Below, one piece after another: positions 15,412 through 21,693 of a DNA stretch of 28,645 bases. The translations under genes and the position numbers were made by a program. The notes under the pieces were generated by a model. The model saw only the letters and a program-made list of their open reading frames with translations, did no database searches and was not told the DNA's origin. The number at the start of each line of letters is the position of its first letter. The stretch's first letter is position 1. Origin of the DNA: Nanopusillaceae archaeon (lineage in GTDB: Archaea; Nanobdellota; Nanobdellia; Nanobdellales; Nanobdellaceae); contig JAVYNJ010000005.1 in NCBI GenBank assembly GCA_038735675.1, positions 1 to 28,645 on the forward strand, written 5' to 3'.

Positions 15412-16278
15412 ATGGCTATAGAAAAAACTTTCTTGAGTGAGAAGACATATAAAGAAGAATTAGATAAAATTGTTAGTAATGTGACTTCAACAGTAAATGG
15501 AATTATAAGTCCAATATACGCTTCATTAGGAGGATATTTAGTTGCTAAAGAGAATGAAATAAAGGGAATTATAGATTCTCTTGATGATAATAGCAAAAAA
15601 GCAATGAGAGACTATTTAGAAAAGTTCTTTATAAAAACTGGTAGAATATATGATATTGCTTTTGGAATAGCTATTAGGGATATTGGATATACTCCAAGAA
15701 CTTTAGAAGATTTATTAAGAAGACCTGTTGATCAATCAGCTGATAGAGAAGACAGAATAGCTTCAAGATATACATCTATTGCTTTATATGGTCTGTTACC
15801 ATCGCGTATTCAAGAGCTTTACTTTAGAAAACCAATAAATTCTTTATCGGAAGAACTTTCTGAAAGTTTAAAAAAAGAACTAGTATATTTATTAGAATAT
15901 TTAAAAAATTCTGGTGTTAAAGATAATGAAATAAGTATCTCTATAGATCTATTAAATAATTTAATAAAATTACCTTATGATATAATTAAGCAGCAATACC
16001 TTGCTCTTTCTAAAATATTTAAGCCAGATATTGCTGGTGTAATAACAGTTAATACAGCAAAGAGTTTAGAAAGTTTGTTTAGAAAATTCTATGATAATAT
16101 TATAAATTACTTTGAAGTTAAAAAAGAGCAACCAACAATAGAACAACCTAAAGAACAACCTCAAACAACAGAACAGTCTAAAGTTGGAGAAGAACAACCA
16201 AAAGAAACTCAAGTAAGCGAAAAGGTAATAAGAAATTCTAAAAAATCTAAAAAAAGAAAAAGAAAAGATAAATGTTAA
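15412..16278 (+). CDS. Hypothetical protein with a C-terminal EQP-rich repeat and polybasic tail
   Basis: 288 aa with no recognised domain. The C-terminus reads KKEQPTIEQPKEQPQTTEQSKVGEEQPKETQ...KKSKKRKRKDKC. Confidence 0.5.
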   Translation: MAIEKTFLSEKTYKEELDKIVSNVTSTVNGIISPIYASLGGYLVAKENEIKGIIDSLDDNSKKAMRDYLEKFFIKTGRIYDIAFGIAIRDIGYTPRTLEDLLRRPVDQSADREDRIASRYTSIALYGLLPSRIQELYFRKPINSLSEELSESLKKELVYLLEYLKNSGVKDNEISISIDLLNNLIKLPYDIIKQQYLALSKIFKPDIAGVITVNTAKSLESLFRKFYDNIINYFEVKKEQPTIEQPKEQPQTTEQSKVGEEQPKETQVSEKVIRNSKKSKKRKRKDKC

Positions 16279-16348
16279 AAATCAAAAAGACAGATCTGAA
16301 AAATAAAATTAAGATAGAGGTAGAATAGGGCGACAAGATTAATATTTT

Positions 16349-16367
16349 TTAACTACTTTTTAGTTAA
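16349..16367 (+). promoter_or_regulatory. Perfect inverted repeat TTAACTA-N5-TAGTTAA just upstream of the ppsA TATA box
   Basis: Seen directly in the sequence. It lies 9 bp upstream of the TATA-like TTTTATAA (16376-16383) and is a candidate operator for a dimeric regulator. Confidence 0.3.
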
Positions 16368-16375
16368 TATCTATT

Positions 16376-16383
16376 TTTTATAA
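16376..16383 (+). promoter_or_regulatory. TATA-like box of ppsA
   Basis: TTTTATAA centred 30.5 nt upstream of the ATG at 16410. Confidence 0.3.
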
Positions 16384-16409
16384 GGATCAAAGCAATTACT
16401 ATTATATTT

Positions 16410-18662
16410 ATGGAATATGTAAGATGGTTTGAAAATTTAACTAAAGATGATGTTGGATTAGTTGGTGGAAAGGGTGCTAATCTTGGAGAAATGACAAAAA
16501 TAGGTTTACCAGTTCCTCCAGGGTTTGTTTTAACAGCAGATGCTTACTGGAGATATGTAGATTATAATAATTTGAGAAGTAAGATAGAAGAAATTTTAAG
16601 CAAAACAAATATTAATAATCCAACAGAATTATTAAAAGCTTCAGAAGAAATACAGCAATTATTTTTAAATGGCGAAATACCGGAAGATTTAAAAAATGTA
16701 ATTATCGAAAATTACAAAAATCTTTCAAGAAGATTTGGAGAAGAAGATACATACGTTGCTGTAAGATCTTCTGCAACTGCTGAAGATTTGCCAAATGCTT
16801 CTTTCGCTGGACAACAAGCTACACTTTTAAATGTAAAAGGAGTTGAAAAGCTTCTAGAAGCAGTTAAAAAATGTTGGGCATCGCTATGGACAGCTAGAGC
16901 TATAAATTATAGAGCACATATGGGTTTTGACCATATGAAAGTAGCATTGGCTGTAGTTATACAAAAGCAAATATTTTCTAAGAAATCAGGAATTATGTTT
17001 ACAATTCATCCAGTTACAAATGATACTTCTAAAATTGTTATTGAAGCATCTTGGGGATTGGGAGAATCTGTAGTATCTGGAGAAGTAACTCCAGATGAAT
17101 ATATTGTAGATAAAAATACTATGAAAATAGAAGAGGTAAAGATAAATGAGAAAAAAATTATGACAGTTTATGATGAGCAAACATTAACTAAAAAAGTAGA
17201 AGTTCCTAATGAGATTAAGAATGTAAGATGTTTGAGTGATGAAGAAGTTTTAAAGTTAGCTGAATTTGGAAAGAAAATAGAAGAGCATTATAAACATCCC
17301 CAAGATATAGAATTTGCTATTGATGATTTTGGAATATGGATTGTTCAAACAAGACCGGTTACTACAATTAAAAAGAAAACTGGAAAAATTTTATTAAAAG
17401 GAATTGCAGCCTCTCCAGGAATTGGAAAAGGAAAAGTTAAAATAATACTCGGTCCACAAGATTTTAATAAATTCCAAAAAGGAGATGTTTTAGTTACTAA
17501 AATGACAAATCCAGATTTTGAGCCTTTGATGGCAATGGCTTCTGCTATAGTAACTGATGAAGGAGGACATTTATCGCATGCGGCAATTGTTTCTAGAGAA
17601 TTGGGAAAACCAGCAGTAGTAGGTACTAGAGAAGCTACAAAAATATTATCTGATGGAACATTTATAACAGTAGATGGAACTAGAGGAATTGTTTATGAAG
17701 GAGACGTAGAATTTGATGAAGAAAAAGAAAAGGAAATAGAAAGTAAGATATATCAGAAATCTTATGAAATTACAGCAACCAAAATTTTTGCAATTGCAGA
17801 TTATCCAGAAACTGTTAAAAAAATAAAAGATAAAATAGATGGAATTGGATTATTAAGATTAGAATTTTTAATTTTAAGAGAAAGAAAACATCCTAGGTGG
17901 TATATAGAAAACAATAAACTGGATGAATTAAAAAATATTTTAGTTGAGAAATTAAGTGAAATAGCAAGACTAATATATCCTAAACCAGTAATTGTTAGAA
18001 CCTTTGACTTAAGAACAGATGAGTACAGAGGATTAGAAGGTGGAGATAAAGAACCAATAGAACCAAATCCAATGATGGGTTGGCATGGAATAAGAAGAGA
18101 TTTAGATCAAGAAGAATTATTAATTACACAAATTAGAGCCTTTAAAGAATTAGTAAAGAATTTAGGTTTAAAAAATATATGGATGATGATTCCATTTGTA
18201 ATCTCTTGGGAAGAAGTGAAAAGAGTCAAAGATATAATGATTAGAGAAGGATTAATACCTCATAAAGATATTAAATTTGGAATTATGGTAGAAACACCTG
18301 CAGCAGCATTAACTATTGATGAAATAATAGAAAAAGCGGGAATAGATTTTATATCTTTTGGAACTAACGATCTAACACAATTAACTTTAGGAGTTGATAG
18401 AAATAATGAGATAGTTCAAAAATTAATGAATGAAAAACATCCAGCAGTATTAAGACTAATAGAAAGAGTTGTAAAAATATGTAGAAAAAGAGGAGTGTAT
18501 ACATCTATATGCGGACAGGCAGGTTCAGATCCGGAATATGCAGAATTTTTAGTGAAATTAGGTATAGATTCTATATCTGCAAATGTGGATTCTATAGATA
18601 TAATTAGAGAAGCTGTAGCTAGAATAGAGAAAAAAATAATATTAGATAAATTTAGAAAATGA
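16410..18662 (+). CDS. ppsA: Phosphoenolpyruvate synthase (pyruvate, water dikinase)
   Basis: 750 aa. It has the N-terminal VGGKGANLGEM motif, the swivel-domain phospho-His motif TDEGGHLSHAAIVSRELGKPAVVG, and C-terminal PEP-utilising TIM-barrel motifs (FGTNDLTQ, ICGQAGSDP). Confidence 0.92.
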   Translation: MEYVRWFENLTKDDVGLVGGKGANLGEMTKIGLPVPPGFVLTADAYWRYVDYNNLRSKIEEILSKTNINNPTELLKASEEIQQLFLNGEIPEDLKNVIIENYKNLSRRFGEEDTYVAVRSSATAEDLPNASFAGQQATLLNVKGVEKLLEAVKKCWASLWTARAINYRAHMGFDHMKVALAVVIQKQIFSKKSGIMFTIHPVTNDTSKIVIEASWGLGESVVSGEVTPDEYIVDKNTMKIEEVKINEKKIMTVYDEQTLTKKVEVPNEIKNVRCLSDEEVLKLAEFGKKIEEHYKHPQDIEFAIDDFGIWIVQTRPVTTIKKKTGKILLKGIAASPGIGKGKVKIILGPQDFNKFQKGDVLVTKMTNPDFEPLMAMASAIVTDEGGHLSHAAIVSRELGKPAVVGTREATKILSDGTFITVDGTRGIVYEGDVEFDEEKEKEIESKIYQKSYEITATKIFAIADYPETVKKIKDKIDGIGLLRLEFLILRERKHPRWYIENNKLDELKNILVEKLSEIARLIYPKPVIVRTFDLRTDEYRGLEGGDKEPIEPNPMMGWHGIRRDLDQEELLITQIRAFKELVKNLGLKNIWMMIPFVISWEEVKRVKDIMIREGLIPHKDIKFGIMVETPAAALTIDEIIEKAGIDFISFGTNDLTQLTLGVDRNNEIVQKLMNEKHPAVLRLIERVVKICRKRGVYTSICGQAGSDPEYAEFLVKLGIDSISANVDSIDIIREAVARIEKKIILDKFRK

Positions 18663-19417
18663 GAAAATATTTTTTGATTTTAATTTTTGTTATTTTACTA
18701 TTTTTTATTTTAATGTTAAATATTTCTTTAAATTTGAAAATAGCAATAGTTTTCTTTATAGCAGGTTTATATCTACTAAAATATTTTAAGGAATATTTAG
18801 AAGATAAAGAATTAGAAGAAAATTTTCCTATTTTTTTAAGAGATCTATCACAATACATTAAAATAGGAATGCCTTTAGATAAAGCAATACAAAATGTAAT
18901 GTCTAATAATTATGGAAAGAAATTAAATAAAATAATTAAAGCAATTTTTCTTCAAATGAATTATGGAATTCCGTTTGATATAGCAATACAGAATATAGTT
19001 AATAAAATTAAAGTAAAAACAGTTAAAGAGTCTTTAATAGCTATTTCTCAGTTACTTAAAAGTGGAGGAGATGTTGGAAATTTGTTTGAAAGCATGTCGG
19101 AAATGTTTTATATTTTAAATAATATGAAAAAAGAAAGATTATCTAATGTTAGAGTCCTTACCTTTTCCTATTATGGATTATTTATCTTAATAATTTTTGT
19201 AATTTTTGCTATAAGTGCTTTTGTTTCTAAAATAACAATATTGTCTTCTCCGGAAATTATAGTCCAATATAAAAATGTATCTTCAATATTTCTTATAGTA
19301 AATTCCATATTTACTGGTTTAGTAATCGGAAAAATATCAACAGGAAGAATTATTTCAGGGGTTGTCCATTCTATATTTCTCTTATTAATCTCGATTCTCT
19401 TTATTTTAATTTTATAA
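18659..19417 (+). CDS. Type II secretion system F-domain membrane protein (FlaJ/TadC-like, single domain)
   Basis: N-terminal TM helices are followed by the cytoplasmic helical domain FPIFLRDLSQYIKIGMPLDKAIQNV...LLKSGGDVGNLFESM, then C-terminal TM helices. Its start overlaps the ppsA stop (ATGA). Confidence 0.65.
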   Translation: MRKYFLILIFVILLFFILMLNISLNLKIAIVFFIAGLYLLKYFKEYLEDKELEENFPIFLRDLSQYIKIGMPLDKAIQNVMSNNYGKKLNKIIKAIFLQMNYGIPFDIAIQNIVNKIKVKTVKESLIAISQLLKSGGDVGNLFESMSEMFYILNNMKKERLSNVRVLTFSYYGLFILIIFVIFAISAFVSKITILSSPEIIVQYKNVSSIFLIVNSIFTGLVIGKISTGRIISGVVHSIFLLLISILFILIL

Positions 19418-19441
19418 ATTTAATTAATATTTTGAGAAGAT

Positions 19442-19603
19442 ATGGTATTTAAGCAATATGCTAGAAAAATAAGATATGCAAAATTACTGAGCTCAAATAA
19501 ATATCCTCCAATTTGGGTAATAATCAGAAAATTTGGAAGAATTGTTAGTCCTTTAAGAATGAAAATTAAAAGACACTGGAGACGTAAGAAAATATCTCTA
19601 TAA
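19442..19603 (+). CDS. rpl39e: 50S ribosomal protein L39e
   Basis: Not in the ORF track (53 aa): MVFKQYARKIRYAKLLSSNKYPPIWVIIRKFGRIVSPLRMKIKRHWRRKKISL. It carries the L39e hallmarks (P)PxWVI and RHWRR. Confidence 0.8.
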   Translation: MVFKQYARKIRYAKLLSSNKYPPIWVIIRKFGRIVSPLRMKIKRHWRRKKISL

Positions 19604-19951
19604 TTTAAATATTCTTTCTATTTCTTCTATAATTTTAGAAAAACTTCTATTTATATCAGATCTTGATATTATCTTCTTTTCTAATAAACTTTCTCTTTCT
19701 TTTTCTATTACATCTACTATTTTTAAAATTTTATTTTTTGTATTTTCTTCTATAATGTTTTCCAATTTAATTGATAAATCATAAATTTTATTTATTATAG
19801 ATTCTATGTAAGATTCAGATAAAATTTTTTTACTTTTTTCTACATATTCTAACCCTTTTTCTATTAATTCTGAGATTTTATATCCCTTTTCTTTAATTTC
19901 TCTATATATTTTTTCGTCAATTAATGTAGATATTTGCTTTTTTTTAGCCAT
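19598..19951 (-). CDS. Hypothetical coiled-coil protein, possible ribbon-helix-helix N-terminus
   Basis: 117 aa. KKQISTLIDEKIYREIKEKGYKISELIEKGL has a beta-alpha-alpha pattern, and the remainder is E/K/I-rich helix. The start lies 1 nt after the taw1 stop. Confidence 0.4.
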   Translation of the reverse strand: MAKKKQISTLIDEKIYREIKEKGYKISELIEKGLEYVEKSKKILSESYIESIINKIYDLSIKLENIIEENTKNKILKIVDVIEKERESLLEKKIISRSDINRSFSKIIEEIERIFKL

Positions 19952-19952
19952 T

Positions 19953-20963
19953 TTATATATTAGGTTCTACACTCTCTATAATAGGATCTATATCTTCTTT
20001 TATATTTTTTAATACTACAATCCTAGAATCAGAATCTTCATTCATGTATTTATAGTTTTCTAAATGTTTTTCTAGTTCTTTTGAAAATTTTACTACGTAT
20101 TCGTGAGATGGCATATTTTCTGATTTTAATTTCATTCTGGAATATCCTAAAAGCATAAAAGCTTTTATTTCAATAAAATGTGGATCATAAATATCTATTA
20201 AATCTTTCCAAGCATTAAAATATTCTTTTTTATCATTATAGCCTTTTATTAACGTTATTCTAGCAACTCTTCTAGTTTTTAATTTTGATGCTATTTCTAG
20301 AGATTTTAAAAATCTTTCCCAATAATCTGGATATAAAGGTACTGATATTTCTTTATAACTTTCTTTAGTAGGACCTGTAAAAGAAATATATAATTGGGTT
20401 GGTAAACTATTTTTGTTTTTCATTTTTTCTAAACTTTCAGGGACCTGACCGGAAGTTACCACGAATATAGATTTTGTCCATTTCCAATTTTTCTTAATGT
20501 ATTCTATACTTTCTGGTACAAAAGGATATAATAGTGGCTCTCCAGATAAAGAAAAAGTTACATGTGTTGGTTTATCAATTATTTGATTTAACAATTCTTT
20601 ATTTGCTTTAGGATTTCCATAAAATCCAATTAATAGTTTTTTTCTAAGTTCTCTTAATTTTTCTAAAGTTTCTTCTGGAGAATCCACTAAATTTTCTGGT
20701 AAAATATTTATATATGGTTCAAAATCTGAGTTTGTTCTCCAGCAGTATATACATCTATTTGGACACCAAACTACAGCCTGTGTTATTTGCATACATCCTG
20801 CTGTAGAAACACCATAAAATTTATTTTTATAACAGTTTCTTCCGTTAATTATAGATTCCTTAGTCCAGTGACATATTTCAACTGCAGAATGATTATAAAT
20901 TCCGTATCCTGCCTTTTTTAATTGATTTTCATATTCTTTATTATGAATTGTCCACTTTTGCAT
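19953..20963 (-). CDS. taw1: tRNA 4-demethylwyosine synthase Taw1/TYW1 (radical SAM)
   Basis: Contains CYKNKFYGVSTAGCMQITQAVVWCPNRCIYCWR (radical-SAM Cx3Cx2C plus auxiliary-cluster cysteines). The start is set at the first ATG (20963). The track start at 21008 is a TTG that lies inside a C/D sRNA. Confidence 0.85.
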   Translation of the reverse strand: MQKWTIHNKEYENQLKKAGYGIYNHSAVEICHWTKESIINGRNCYKNKFYGVSTAGCMQITQAVVWCPNRCIYCWRTNSDFEPYINILPENLVDSPEETLEKLRELRKKLLIGFYGNPKANKELLNQIIDKPTHVTFSLSGEPLLYPFVPESIEYIKKNWKWTKSIFVVTSGQVPESLEKMKNKNSLPTQLYISFTGPTKESYKEISVPLYPDYWERFLKSLEIASKLKTRRVARITLIKGYNDKKEYFNAWKDLIDIYDPHFIEIKAFMLLGYSRMKLKSENMPSHEYVVKFSKELEKHLENYKYMNEDSDSRIVVLKNIKEDIDPIIESVEPNI

Positions 20964-20992
20964 AAAATATTTTACTTTAGAAAATTTATATA

Positions 20993-21041
20993 TCAGTGAA
21001 CTCGGCAATCATCATTCTTCAGATGAGAAAGCCATCATCAC
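20993..21041 (-). ncRNA. Box C/D sRNA (canonical)
   Basis: The minus strand reads GUGAUGA(C)-UGGCUUUCUCAU-CUGA(D')-AGA-AUGAUGA(C')-UUGCCGAGUUCA-CUGA(D), a 49-nt core. It overlaps the 3' end of ORF 21012-21428. Confidence 0.85.
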
Positions 21042-21428
21042 ATTTCCCAAGTAATCATAAATTTTTAAATTTAAAATTTTAACATTATTACCAAAAGATT
21101 TTTTTACGAGTTCCTTTATAATAATGGCATCTAGCTTTTCATTAGAACACCAGGCAGCATCTATGTCTAATATTGTCTTAGAATTATTGCTATAGCTACT
21201 AATTACAATATGTGAAGAAGAAAGGATGGAAATATACGTAAAATCTTTAAAATCTTTGTTTTTGGATGGAAAGAAAAATATATAATCGAATAAAATTTTA
21301 CTTTTCAGATTTTCTGATAAATTTTTAGAAAAATTACTTATTTCTTCAATTTTTATATGTCTATCTAATTCTAACAGCATAAGGAGTCTTTGAACATTCC
21401 TATAATCAACATATTTATATTCTATCAT
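21012..21428 (-). CDS. Hypothetical protein with a possible divergent S-adenosylmethionine-decarboxylase-like (SpeH) fold
   Basis: YISILSSSHIVISSYSNNSKTILDIDAAWCS aligns by eye with the SpeH core [27 protein letters not shown]. The Ser and Cys are retained, but the Glu of the Glu-Ser cleavage site and the second His are not. Confidence 0.35.
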   Translation of the reverse strand: MIEYKYVDYRNVQRLLMLLELDRHIKIEEISNFSKNLSENLKSKILFDYIFFFPSKNKDFKDFTYISILSSSHIVISSYSNNSKTILDIDAAWCSNEKLDAIIIKELVKKSFGNNVKILNLKIYDYLGNVMMAFSSEE

Positions 21429-21447
21429 TTATATTATATTTTTAATC

Positions 21448-21543
21448 TTTGCTTAAAAATATTTCTTAATTAGAAAATTTGTTTTTTATTTAAAAAAAGA
21501 CAATTCTTTGATTTTTCTAATTTATTTTTGCTAAAAAATATTT
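21448..21543 (+). repeat. Two direct 17-mers TTTGCT(T/A)AAAAATATTT, 79 bp apart
   Basis: Copies at 21448-21464 and 21527-21543 match at 16 of 17 positions. They lie in the divergent region between ORF 21012-21428 and tRNA-Gln. Confidence 0.3.
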
Positions 21544-21554
21544 AGGAAAGAATC

Positions 21555-21562
21555 TTTATAAT
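21555..21562 (+). promoter_or_regulatory. TATA-like box of tRNA-Gln with purine-rich BRE-like flank
   Basis: GAAAGAATC-TTTATAAT, with the box centred 28.5 nt upstream of tRNA nucleotide A1. Confidence 0.35.
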
Positions 21563-21586
21563 TCTTTTAATAAAAAATAATACTAT

Positions 21587-21659
21587 AGCCCCGTCGTCTA
21601 GCGGCCTAGGATTCGGGGTTCTGGTCCCCGAGACCGGGGTTCAAATCCCCGCGGGGCTA
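21587..21659 (+). tRNA. tRNA-Gln (anticodon CUG)
   Basis: Cloverleaf: AGCCCCG UC GUCU AGCGGCCUA GGAU U CGGGG UUCUGGU CCCCG AGAC CGGGG UUCAAAU CCCCG CGGGGCU A. It has the A1:U72 pair typical of archaeal tRNA-Gln. No CCA is encoded and there is no intron. Confidence 0.9.
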
Positions 21660-21693
21660 GTAAATTTTTAAGTTTTTTTAGACAAGATTTTAC

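Noticed and set aside
20964-21008. TTG-initiated N-terminal extension of taw1
   Set aside because: The start codon is not ATG. The extension coincides exactly with the D guide and D box of a canonical C/D sRNA, and an in-frame ATG follows at 20963.
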